The position numbers and the translations under genes are program-made. The notes beneath the pieces are model-generated. The model was not told the origin of the DNA, made no database searches, and was given only the letters and a program-made list of their open reading frames with translations. Below are positions 10,966 through 23,499 of a stretch of 33,316 nucleotides of DNA, one piece after another. This stretch comes from Welwitschia mirabilis (lineage: Eukaryota): positions 44,860,581-44,893,896 of the forward strand of contig JBOZIK010000001.1 in NCBI GenBank assembly GCA_051453625.1, read 5' to 3'. The stretch's first letter is position 1, and each line of letters starts with the position of its first letter.

Positions 10966-12840
10966 TTTGAGAAATGTTTCACCAATTGTAGATGAAGAAG
11001 AAAGTGATGAAATAGAAGATTAATTCTCTAACATTAAAGAGGATGACTCAACATCCATTAAATAAGTGTTCATATATAGTATTGCATCACATCTAACTAG
11101 ATAAGANNNNNNNNNNNNNNNNNNNNNNNNNNNNNNNNNNNNNNNNNNNNNNNNNNNNNNNNNNNNNNNNNNNNNNNNNNNNNNNNNNNNNNNNNNNNNN
11201 NNNNNNNNNNNNNNNNNNNNNNNNNNNNNNNNNNNNNNNNNNNNNNNNNNNNNNNNNNNNNNNNNNNNNNNNNNNNNNNNNNNNNNNNNNNNNNNNNNNN
11301 NNNNNNNNNNNNNNNNNNNNNNNNNNNNNNNNNNNNNNNNNNNNNNNNNNNNNNNNNNNNNNNNNNNNNNNNNNNNNNNNNNNNNNNNNNNNNNNNNNNN
11401 NNNNNNNNNNNNNNNNNNNNNNNNNNNNNNNNNNNNNNNNNNNNNNNNNNNNNNNNNNNNNNNNNNNNNNNNNNNNNNNNNNNNNNNNNNNNNNNNNNNN
11501 NNNNNNNNNNNNNNNNNNNNNNNNNNNNNNNNNNNNNNNNNNNNNNNNNNNNNNNNNNNNNNNNNNNNNNNNNNNNNNNNNNNNNNNNNNNNNNNNNNNN
11601 NNNNNNNNNNNNNNNNNNNNNNNNNNNNNNNNNNNNNNNNNNNNNNNNNNNNNNNNNNNNNNNNNNNNNNNNNNNNNNNNNNNNNNNNNNNNNNNNNNNN
11701 NNNNNNNNNNNNNNNNNNNNNNNNNNNNNNNNNNNNNNNNNNNNNNNNNNNNNNNNNNNNNNNNNNNNNNNNNNNNNNNNNNNNNNNNNNAAGTGTTCAT
11801 ATATAGTACTGCATCACATCTAACTAGATAAGAATCTAGTATGATTCTTTTATAAGGATATATATATATATACACAATATTTTAATAATAAAAACATAAT
11901 TAATTTTACTTGTAATAAAAAATAAAATAAAAACTAAAAAGTTAAGATTTTAAAGTAATCTTTGTATATCAACAAAAAGAAAAGAAATTGCTCCAAGAAT
12001 CTAACTAATTCATCTGATGCTCAACTTCCTCTAATAAATCATGTATTCTTAAAACATAAACTAAAATTATCAAGTTACTGAGTATTAGGTATAAAGTCAT
12101 AATCTCATCCATCACATGAGTCTTTAACCTATGATTTAAAACTTGATATATCATAGATGCCTTTAAGCTATAAATGTCTTTACTATAGATTGCTTCCAAT
12201 TTATAGATGTCTTCTCTATAGACATCTTTCATTCTATAGATGTCTTTAGTTAAATGATTTGGAAATTTCAATTCTAAGCTAATATTTTCATGAGATATCA
12301 TATTGAAGATCTAACATTGACTTATACTTATTATGATTTGATTTTATTTACATTAACCTATCTATACAATGGAACAAAATATTTGATAAGTGAAATCATC
12401 AAAACTAGGTTTACTAGTATTTGATAAATGTTTCACCAATTGTAGATGAAGAAGAAAGTGATGAAGTAGAAGATTAATTCTATAACATTAAACAGGATGA
12501 CTCAACAACCATTGAATAAGTGTTCATATATAGTAGTGCATCACATCTAACTAGATAAGAATCTAGTATGATTCTTCCATAAGGATATATATACAATAGT
12601 TTAATAATTAAAACATAATTAATTTAACTTGTAGTAAAAAAAAAATAAAAACTAGAAAGTTAAGATTTTAAAGTAATCTTTGCATAGCAATGAAAAGAAA
12701 AGGGAGTGCTCTAAGAATCTAACTAATCTATCCGATGCTCGACTTCCTCCAACAACTCATGTATTCTTAAGACATAAACTAGAATTATCAAGTTACTAAG
12801 TATTAGGTATGAAGTCATAATCTCATTCATCATATAAGTG
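10666..12840. repeat. Tandem duplication of a 727-bp unit (about 300 bp of LTR end plus flank), probably three copies
   Basis: 12119-12420 repeats 10666-10965, and the flank is repeated with it. The landmark AAGTGTTCATATATAGTA occurs at 11064, 11791 and 12518. Confidence 0.85.
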
Positions 12841-15540
12841 TTGATGAGTTATTTAGTCCCTCTAATCCTTCACATTTCTTTATAAGCATGGCANNNNNNN
12901 NNNNNNNNNNNNNNNNNNNNNNNNNNNNNNNNNNNNNNNNNNNNNNNNNNNNNNNNNNNNNNNNNNNNNNNNNNNNNNNNNNNNNNNNNNNNNNNNNNNN
13001 NNNNNNNNNNNNNNNNNNNNNNNNNNNNNNNNNNNNNNNNNNNNNNNNNNNNNNNNNNNNNNNNNNNNNNNNNNNNNNNNNNNNNNNNNNNNNNNNNNNN
13101 NNNNNNNNNNNNNNNNNNNNNNNNNNNNNNNNNNNNNNNNNNNNNNNNNNNNNNNNNNNNNNNNNNNNNNNNNNNNNNNNNNNNNNNNNNNNNNNNNNNN
13201 NNNNNNNNNNNNNNNNNNNNNNNNNNNNNNNNNNNNNNNNNNNNNNNNNNNNNNNNNNNNNNNNNNNNNNNNNNNNNNNNNNNNNNNNNNNNNNNNNNNN
13301 NNNNNNNNNNNNNNNNNNNNNNNNNNNNNNNNNNNNNNNNNNNNNNNNNNNNNNNNNNNNNNNNNNNNNNNNNNNNNNNNNNNNNNNNNNNNNNNNNNNN
13401 NNNNNNNNNNNNNNNNNNNNNNNNNNNNNNNNNNNNNNNNNNNNNNNNNNNNNNNNNNNNNNNTGTTTATGAGTTATTTAGTCCTTCTAATCTTTTACAT
13501 TTCTTTATAAGCATGGAAAGTATGAATGAAAGTGCATAAGATCTATCAAATAACAGCAATTATAACATCATAGAAGTAATCTCAAATAACTCATTTAGTA
13601 ATGAAAGAACTTGATAATAAAGTAAGTTCACCTAAATATTGCTAATACTAATTACCTGTGTCTTAACAATAAAAGAATAAAACCTACTTAATAACTAGTC
13701 TTATCTAAAGATTGCTAATAACAAATGAATTATGCATTAACAACAAAAGGATGTAAAACCATATTTTATATTAAATCTAAAAATATACATTACATCAAAA
13801 GAAGAGAGGTAAAGTATATGAAATCCTCAACTAGCCTTGGAACATTCCATCCCCAAGAAAGATGACTAGAATACCATGATGTTCTAGTGATTTAATTATT
13901 TTCCTTAGTTATCCAACCAAAAGAGGTTTACAATGATGGCTTAAGGCCATTTTATAAATGAGAGAAGGCTTGAATAGCTTTGTCATAATGCATTTGGTGA
14001 GTGATTAATTTGTAGTTACATAAGGGAGGTTACTTAAGGATAATTACATAAGGATAAAGTCATAATTTTTAGCATGTACCCTTGAAGAAGGAATTTTTTT
14101 CTTCTTATCCAAATATGGCAATGACATGTCCTCTAACTACTGATTATATCATTAGTGGATGCCATGTCATGTTTCTTCCACATGATCATCCTCATTACTG
14201 CCACATGCCCTTGTGACATGTCATTTTATACTTCTATCATGTGTTATCAAAGTCTAAGATTTATTTTGGATCAACTTCTAAGTTAGCCTCCATATGTAAT
14301 TTGATTAATTTCCCAAATAGATATAGGAACATGAGTTTGGAAGGATTCTACCTCAGAGTGAAAATAGCATCAGTTGTATTGGATGGTATCCCTAGCATTA
14401 TTTGTTGGAATTTCTTCAGGTTTTATAATGTTCTCCAAAATCTAGCAATAAACCTACCAATATTACGGGAAAGCTCATATTTTCATGAAATATAATACAA
14501 ATGGTAGAATACATTAATTTGTGATAAAATAATAAAATTAATATTTCTACTTAAGTTAATTTGATCAATTATACTTTCTTAGAACATTAATTTTTAAATG
14601 TAAATACATCTCCTAACTAGATCTTTATTAGTCTATTAGCAAAAAGTTGATAAATAAATGGTGACATGGAAAATTATCTAAGTAAAATGGTCAAGTATAA
14701 AAATGATATGATATTTTAAAAATATTTTATCAATTTTTAATAAATAAGGCATCAAAATCAAAAAAATTTAGTCAAAATAAATGCCACAACTCCTATCTAA
14801 AATTAAACTTCATTTTCAAAGTTATAAAGACAGAAAATTTGATATGAAGTTTTTGAGAATAAGTCAATTACATTACAAGGTTTTTCAGATAAGGCTAGTA
14901 AATGATTTTGATGTAAGTACTTAGGAAAAACTACAATGCTATCTTAGGGCATGCCAAAACATGAAACCTAATGGAAATTTCATCATCCACAAATTCCAAA
15001 GATAAAATGCCTAAGTTAGTGGCCACTTTATTGAAAATTTACAAATTTTATTCTAAATTTAAATGTATCACAATATCAAACAAACAATATAAGTAAAACC
15101 TAGAAGAAATCAAAAATCAATTAAGCAACTTTTAAGTATATAAGTTAAAGAAAGTAAACACAAACATATCTCCAAATTCCACCTTTTTCATGTCATTTTA
15201 TTTTTTTACAATCATGCTTTATTACTTGTTTTAAGTATTTTAATCTTATTGGGCATTCAATGTTATGGCATGTTATTATAATACAACTAAGCATGTTGTT
15301 ATATAAAAGAGTTAGTGCTACATTACCAGTGAGTATCTATAGCCCTAATTTAGTTGAACATGTCATAAGAGAAATCGCTAGAGCTACATTGCTAATGAGC
15401 ATCCATAGCCCCAATGTAGTTAACTAAACTCAATTTTTAACTTATTAATAGATAATGTACTTTTTGGGAAGGAGATATTTTGTTTTCCTTTAATTATCCT
15501 TATTATATTTAATAAGTTTTGATGCATACTATTTACATGT
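11044..15540 (-). mobile_element. Athila-like gypsy remnant A: 3' LTR (to about 14606) plus 3' non-coding region
   Basis: Collinear, diverged repeat of 17650-20040. The putative LTR edge TGTAAATA is followed by C-rich PPT-complement tracts. No coding domains are present, so the lineage is inferred from non-coding architecture only and the left boundary is uncertain. Confidence 0.55.
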
Positions 15541-16438
15541 AATAATTAACATTATAAGCAAGTATAATTGAATAGTTTAGCATAGAATGAAAAATTAAAT
15601 TCATGGTTTAATTATATATTAATTTTTTAGCCCTTTTTATTATTTTTTCATGAAATTATGGACTTCCATTAACAAAAGAAGGTATATTATATTCTTTTAA
15701 AGANNNNNNNNNNNNNNNNNNNNNNNNNNNNNNNNNNNNNNNNNNNNNNNNNNNNNNNNNNNNNNNNNNNNNNNNNNNNNNNNNNNNNNNNNNNNNNNNN
15801 NNNNNNNNNNNNNNNNNNNNNNNNNNNNNNNNNNNNNNNNNNNNNNNNNNNNNNNNNNNNNNNNNNNNNNNNNNNNNNNNNNNNNNNNNNNNNNNNNNNN
15901 NNNNNNNNNNNNNNNNNNNNNNNNNNNNNNNNNNNNNNNNNNNNNNNNNNNNNNNNNNNNNNNNNNNNNNNNNNNNNNNNNNNNNNNNNNNNNNNNNNNN
16001 NNNNNNNNNNNNNNNNNNNNNNNNNNNNNNNNNNNNNNNNNNNNNNNNNNNNNNNNNNNNNNNNNNNNNNNNNNNNNNNNNNNNNNNNNNNNNNNNNNNN
16101 NNNNNNNNNNNNNNNNNNNNNNNNNNNNNNNNNNNNNNNNNNNNNNNNNNNNNNNNNNNNNNNNNNNNNNNNNNNNNNNNNNNNNNNNNNNNNNNNNNNN
16201 NNNNNNNNNNNNNNNNNNNNNNNNNNNNNNNNNNNNNNNNNNNNNNNNNNNNNNNNNNNNNNNNNNNNNNNNNNNNNNNNNNNNNNNNNNNNNNNNNNNN
16301 NNNNNNNNNNNNNNNNNNNNNNNNNNNNNNNNNNNNNNNNNNNNNNNNNNNNNNNNNNNNNNNNNNNNNNNNNNNNNNNNNNNNNNNNNNNNNNNNNNNN
16401 NNNNNNNNNNNNNNNNNNNNNNNNNNNNNNNNNNNNNG

Positions 16439-16680
16439 GTAGCATTATTAGTAGTCAAAGGAAATGTCATCACCATTTTTATAGAAGAAGATAAAGAAAT
16501 CTTTCTTTATAGCTTTATGTCAAAAATTATAACTTCCTCCTTTAGTAATCATCTAATGTAACCCCCTTATGTAATTGCATACCTAACACATAATTACAAC
16601 ACCTAACATAATCATGATAAAGATATCTAATTCTTTTATAATTTATAAAAGTGCCTTAAGCATATTATAAACATATTTTT
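16439..16680 (+). repeat. Inverted fragment of the same Athila-like LTR family
   Basis: Its reverse complement (…ATTATGTTAGGTGTT…GGGGTTACATT…AAGGAGGAAGTT…TCTTTATCTTCTT…) matches about 18440-18685 and about 13930-14150. Confidence 0.8.
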
Positions 16681-16734
16681 GTTTCCTTAACGTGGGATAG
16701 TTTTGTAGTAATCTGGATCTATCTATATTTATGC

Positions 16735-16945
16735 TCAAAATCATTCTTCCACATGGATATATGTAGTAATTTTTACAGAAGTAAAAATATTATTACAACT
16801 TGCAATAAAAAACACAACAAAAGGAAAATCCAAAATTTGAGATTACAATTATCTTCAGTTGATGACATGTGGAATTGAAAATGCTTCAAAGTCTACTAAT
16901 TTGTTCAACACTTTACCTTCACTTTAATGATTCTTATATCCTAAA
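16735..16945 (-). repeat. Third short fragment of the same LTR family, in the same orientation as A and B
   Basis: TCATTCTTCCACATGGATATATG…AATATTATTACAACTTG…AATGATTCTTATATC matches 17711-17911. Confidence 0.8.
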
Positions 16946-17183
16946 CTTAACAATTAAATGAGCTCCACTTGAAAATTTCCAATATCATATGAATTATGTA
17001 ATAACAATGAAAGACAAAAACCTACTTAATAATTAACCCTACCTTAATATTGCTAATGCTAAATGAATAGTGTAAGAACAATANNNNNNNNNNNNNNNNN
17101 NNNNNNNNNNNNNNNNNNNNNNNNNNNNNNNNNNNNNNNNNNNNNNNNNNNNNNNNNNNNNNNNNNNNNNNNNNNNNNNNNNN

Positions 17184-17445
17184 AGGCCATACTAAAACTA
17201 TATTTTTAGTTAAAAATAAGAAATTTTTAAATGGCAAAACTAATTTTTGGTCACATTAAAATTGCATATTTAGTTAAAAAATAAAAAACTAATTTTTAAA
17301 AGGGAAAACCTAATTTTGAGCTCATACTAAACTAGATTTTAAAATTAAAAACCTAATTTTGGGGCCATACTAGAATTACATCTTTAGTTAAAAAATAAAA
17401 AAAACTATTTTTTAAAATAGCAAACCTACTTTAATGGGGCCATCT
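17184..17445. repeat. Degenerate tandem repeat, 45-75 bp unit, about 4-5 copies
   Basis: GGCCATACTA…TTTAGTTAAAAAATAA…AAACCTAATTTT recurs near 17185, 17249, 17319, 17363 and 17438. Confidence 0.75.
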
Positions 17446-17649
17446 TCACCCTATAAAATAAGGTCCAGATCAACACACACAATCAAAATGCAATCCATAA
17501 GAATATATATTTTAAAAAGTAAATTTCCTTTAAAGCATTTGCTATGTAAAAGTGGAATTTGCTTTAAAGAAGTGAAATTCATTCTTAAGAAGTGGAATTC
17601 ACTCCCCCTAAAATTATGCTCCTTTTTCTAATTTATTCCATTTTTTTAC

Positions 17650-20040
17650 ATTCTAGTACTTATTTAGTATGTAGTAGTAAATTGGATTTAACTAGGTATG
17701 AACCTAATATCATTCTTTCACAGAGATATATGTGGTAACTTTTACAAAAGATACAATATTATTACAACTTGTAATGGAACTTTAAAAAAATAAAAATCAG
17801 ATGTTGAGAATTTAAATTGATCTTTACTTGATGAAGCAAGAAAACAAAAATGGTCCAAGGATCTAATCGATTTACCTAACACTACACCTTTACTCCAATG
17901 ATTCCTATATCTTGAAATATAAACTAAATTATTAAGTCATCAAGGGTTAGTGTGGAGGCATAATATTATCCATAACATGAGTGTTGGTAAGTTATCTAGT
18001 CTGACTGATCCTTCATAGTCCTTCATAAGCATCGAAAGTATGAATAAGTATGTACATGTTCTGTTAAAGATGGCAACTATGATATTTTAAAAGAAACCTC
18101 AAATAACTCACCTAGTATGAAAGAACTTGATAATTGAGTAAGCTTCACCTAAAGATTTCTAATATTTATTTTTTTGTATTAATAATAGAAGAATGAAACC
18201 TACTTAAGAACTAATCCTACATAAATATTGCTAATACCAACTGACTTATGCATTAATAATGAAAAGCTTCAAGCTAGTTCTTATATTAAAAACCTAAAAT
18301 AAATATACACTATATCAAATGGAGAAGGATGAAGAAAAAGGAACTTCTTACCTAGCCTTGGATCATTCCACCCCTAAGAAAGGATATCAGAGTGTTATGA
18401 CATCTTATCCTCCAAGTCTTTTCCATGTTAAGACAATCAAAATATCCTTATAAATGAGCATTTCAACTCTTTGATAGGTGAGGAAAGTCTTGAAAAGCTT
18501 CATCATAATTATGTTAGGTGTTATTACTATGCCTTAGATGAGCAGTTATGATAACAAGGGGTTACATTTAGTAGTTACTTAAGGAGGAAGTTTACAAGTT
18601 TTGACATTTAGCCACAAAAAAAGACTCTTTATCTTCTTATGAAAGCATGATAATAACATGTTCTACGACTTCTAATAATGATGTCAATGGATGCTAAGTC
18701 ATGTATCTTTCACATGATCATCCTAATTATGCCACATGTTACTATGATGTATTAGTTTGTACTTCTATCATGTATTATCAAGTTTGAAGATTTACTCAAG
18801 ATTAATTTTAACTTAGCCTATAAGTGTAATGTAATTATTTCCAAAACAAGTGCAAGAAAATGAGTTTTATTATGTTTTATATCAGAAGTATAACAACACC
18901 AGTAGTCCTAGACAGTGGTGTTGGTGTTTAGTACTAGAAATCATTAAGGTTTTATAGTGTTATTAAAAAGTTAGTAATAGACTTGTTAATGTTATGAGAA
19001 ACTACATAAACTTATGAAAAGTAATAAAAAGGATTAAAAAACATTAATATGTGATAAAATCATGAATTTAATATTTCTTCCTATGCTAAAACGATTAATT
19101 ATACTTGCTTAGAATGTCAACTTTTATGTGTAAACATATTCCCTAACCATAATTTTGCTAGACCTTTGATAAAACATTGATTAAAATAATAGCAAAAATG
19201 GACAAATTGACTAAGAAAAAATGGCAAGTAAGAAAATGATGTAATATTTTTAAAAAATTTTAAATAATTTTTAATAAATAAAGCATCAAAATTAAAAAAT
19301 TTTCAATAAAAGTAGATGTCATATCCCCAACCCAAATTCAACTTTTTCCTCAAAGTTACAAACATAAGAAATCTGATACAAGGAGTTTAAGAACAAGTTA
19401 ATTACATAGCCAAAAATTTATTTTTATGCATGTATTTAGAGAACATCACAATATAATCTAAGGAAAACAAAATAGGAAACCTAATGGAGATTCATCAGTC
19501 CACAAATTTTGAGAAATAGATTACCTAACTTAGTGACCAAATTTATTGAAAATTTCTCAAATTGTATTCTAAATTTCAAAGATATCACAATATCACATGA
19601 ATACAATTTTCTCCAAGTAAACCTATGAGTAATCAAAAACTAGTTAAGAAAACTTTTAAATATACATGTTAGAGAAATTTAACATAAAAAACTCTCCCAA
19701 TTCCACCTTTTTCATTCCAATTTGCCCTTTTTAATAGTAATGCTTTATTTCTTGCTTCAAGTATTTTGATCTAATTCAACATCTAGTATTATAACATATC
19801 CTTCTAATAGAGTCAAGCATGTTGATATATGAAGAAGTTAATGTTGCATTACTAGCGAGCATTTATAGCCTCGATATCATAAATCATTAGAGTTGCATTG
19901 CTAGTGAGCTTTCATACACTCAATGTAGTTAAATAAACCTAATTTTTAATTGATCATTAGATAAAGTGATTTTTGTAAATAAGATATTTCATTTTCTTTT
20001 AATCATCCTTCTCATATTCAATAAATTTTAATTCATATAA
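17650..20040 (-). mobile_element. Athila-like gypsy remnant B: 3' LTR (to about 19136) plus 3' non-coding region (may extend to about 20420)
   Basis: Collinear with remnant A. ...TGTGTAAACA (19136) is followed by TATTCCCTAACC, with further PPT-complement-like tracts near 19322 and 19692. Confidence 0.55.
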
Positions 20041-20419
20041 GAAGTCATTGACTTATTAACCTAGTTAAGAGAAATCTCGTCTCAATAAAATGCTTTAAAA
20101 AAATAACTTATTATAAAAGTATATTCCACCCTGATTAAATCATATTTTTCCATTGAAATACCTTAAGTGAAACTAAACCTTAATAGGTTAACTCAAAAAT
20201 AAGTAAAAACTTTTCGTAAGAACTATTAGTGAACTTAAATTCTGCCTATTTTGCAATGACAAAGCAATCATCTATTACTAATTTATTTCATTAAGGGTCA
20301 TTAACCAAGATCATCTAATTTGAGGAATTCATAGATGGATGGAAGGAGAGGGTAGTTGATAGCTTTTGTTAGGAAGAGCCAAAGTGTAAAGGATGGAAAA
20401 TGTATTTTAAGTAGTTTTA

Positions 20420-23400
20420 TTACTGAAACCTTTAGGAAGATATGCTCATCTACTTGGAATTCAAGGTCTCTTCTTCAAGAATTTGCATACATATTTTATC
20501 TATTTATTACTTCCTTTAGTTTATTCTTAATGGTTTTTATTTTCTTTTCCATTTCTTGTAATATTCCTAGTTTTATTGATAATATTTCCTCAGGTTATGT
20601 CCATGTAGTGGGTTCTCTATATTTCCTATTATATAGGGCTTCAAACAGAGCCATTTAAATAAAAATTTGATAACTATTATTATATGCAAATTCCACTAAT
20701 GCTATGTATTGTTTTCGACTCTTAGGCTCATCAAGAATACATGCTTTAATAAGATCCTCTAGGATTTGATTAACTTTTTCTTCCTGATCATCTATTTAAG
20801 AATAAAATGTTATTCTCATATTTAGTTTGGCTCCTAAATCGAATTATAATTCTTACCAAAATTTAAAGGTAAATTTTGAATCTCTATTATAAATAATTAC
20901 TAAGGATATACCATGTAAATGAATAACATTCTAGATTTATACTTTAGCTATATCTTTAGCACTATAAGTAGACTTTATTAGAATGAATTATGTTAACTTA
21001 GTTGCTCTATCAATTATAACTATGATTGAGTTATTACCTCCTAGGGTTCTTGGAAATCCCAATATAAAATCCATGTAAATCACATTCCATTTTTATTCTG
21101 GAACATTATGAGAATAGAGTAGTCCTACTAGATTTCTATCTTCTACCTTAACTTACTAATAATTTAAATACTTCAATATAAATTCTGCCATATATTTTTT
21201 CATTCCTAGCCATTAAAATTTTTATTTCATGTTTTGATACATTTTTATTCCTCAAGGGTAATATGATATTAAAGGATTATGAAATTCAAACATTAGTTAT
21301 TGTCTAATCTCATCTGCATTAGGAACCAAAAATCTTCCATGGAATTTAATAATACCCTTTCAATCAATACTAAATCTCTTAAATTTATTAATTATTCTAG
21401 CTAATATTTAATTTTTAATAATTTTCATCTTTGTTTTGACCCTATATAATAATAGCAGCTATCTAAATTTGAATTTTTATAATTGGTTTAAGATAACCAC
21501 ATCTACTAAGAGCATATACAACTTTATTTCCTTTCCCTATATGGTATAAAATTTCAAAATCAAAATTACACAAAATTTTCATTCATCTTCTTTACTTAAG
21601 GTTCAAGTATCATTGAATGAAAATGCATTTTAAACTTTTATGATTAGTCCAAGCTTAAAATTTAACATTACAAAGATAATGCTCCCATATTTTTTAAGTA
21701 AATATTACTATAGCTAACTCAAGATCATGAATAGGATAGTTTCTCTTATTTGTCTTAAGTTACCTTGATCCATATGCTATTACTCTTTCATCTTGTTCAA
21801 GAATAGCTCTAAGACCTTCTCCTAATGCATCAATGTAAACGAAAAAATTCTTAGCATTATCTGGTACTACTAAATCTTAATCACTAGTTAAACATTCTTT
21901 AAGATGATTAAAGAACTCTTGACATTTTTCCCCATTAAAAGTCTTTATTTTTCCTTAAAATACTTATTAGGGAAAAATATCTTAGAGAAGTTAAATATGA
22001 ATCAATAATATAACCAATAAGGCCAAGTAATCTTCTAACTTTAGTAATACTTATAGGTGCTATTCATTCCATGATTTTCTTAACTTTATCTGACTCANNN
22101 NNNNNNNNNNNNNNNNNNNNNNNNNNNNNNNNNNNNNNNNNNNNNNNNNNNNNNNNNNNNNNNNNNNNNNNNNNNNNNNNNNNNNNNNNNNNNNNNNCAT
22201 TCCATGATTTTCTTAACTTTATCTGAATCAACTAAAATACCCTCTCTCGATACTACATAACCCATGAACTAAAAAGATTGCTTCTAGAAAGAATATTTTT
22301 TGATGTTAACATATATTTGATGATTTCTTAAAGTGTGCAAGACTATTTTCAAGTGTTTATCATGTTCTTTATAAGACTTAGAATAAATGAGAATGCCATT
22401 AATAAATACAATTACCAAGAAATCAAGATATTCCTAGAAGATGTGATTCATAAGGCTTACAAATGTTACAAGTGCATTAATTAAACCAAAAGGCATGACA
22501 GTGAACTCATAAATCCATAGTAAGTTTTGAAAAATAATTTATGAATATTTTCTTTCTTAATTCAAAATTGATGATATTCAAATTTTAAGTCAACTTTGGG
22601 AAAATGCCTTTCCTTGAGTTAGTTAAAGAGATCATCTATTGTTGGTAATTGATACTTGTTCTTAATTATAACTTTATTTAATTATCTATAATCAATGCAT
22701 AATCTAAGTATTCCATCCTTTTTCTTTTCAAACAACACTGCTACACCCCTATTGATACACCAGGATGAATAAAACCTTTTTGTAAAAGTTACTCAAGCTA
22801 AATTTTAAATTCTTTTATTTCTATGGGAGACATTATATATGTTGCCTTAGAAATAGGTTGATTTCTTGGAATCCAATCAATAGTAAACTTAACTTCTTGA
22901 ATAAGTGGCATTTCTAGTAATTCTATTATAAACACATTAAGACATTCTTGGATTATTAGTATATTCCCCACTAAAGTTTTTCCTTCCTTCATGTTAGCTG
23001 ATTTGAGATGAAGCATATAAACTAATGATTTTGTTTTAATTTCTCTCTTTATATGCTTGGCTTTATTTGGATTTACCTTGAAATATTATTCTTTTACCAT
23101 GATTTATTATCTCTACTTGATACTTCTCATAATTTATAACTACCTTATTTTGCATCAATCAATTCATCCCAAAAACAATATCATATTTTTTAAAATTTAT
23201 ATTCATTGATTAAATCTAAAAATATATTCCATTTATAGATAAGGTACAATTTTAGACCTATTTATTAACCTTAGTTATGAATCCATTTACAACATATATA
23301 CATTACTTAATTAGAGTACAACACAAGTTTTCTCTTAGAATAGCTCTACAGAACATAAAGTAATGTGTTTCTCCATAATTAAATAAAATAATAATTTTTT

Positions 23401-23440
23401 AAATATCAAGTAAAGATTTACCTTCTATGAAATAACTTTA
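20420..23440 (-). pseudogene. pol: Gypsy pol (PR-RT-RNaseH-INT), heavily disrupted
   Basis: PR: ILFNYGETHY and YDIVFGMN*L. RT: QPISKATYIMSP (ORF 22798-23016), KKKDGILRLCIDYR*LNKV..KNKYQLPTIDDLF and VIVFINGILIYS (YXDD decayed, 22406-22395). RH: VYIDALGEGLRAILEQDERVIAYGSR…YPIHDLEL. INT: KWNVIYMDFILGFPRT and RRDLEFQVDEHIFLKVS. Confidence 0.93.
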
Positions 23441-23499
23441 AAATTACATCCCTTAATTATCTATAATTGATTTAAATCATTTAATCAGTTGTTAAATGG

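Noticed and set aside
10599..12301. Paralogous small ORFs with DIY repeats (10599-10817, 12005-12301) and 1652-1939
   Set aside because: They are chance read-through of the 33-bp-period palindrome array in non-coding LTR sequence.
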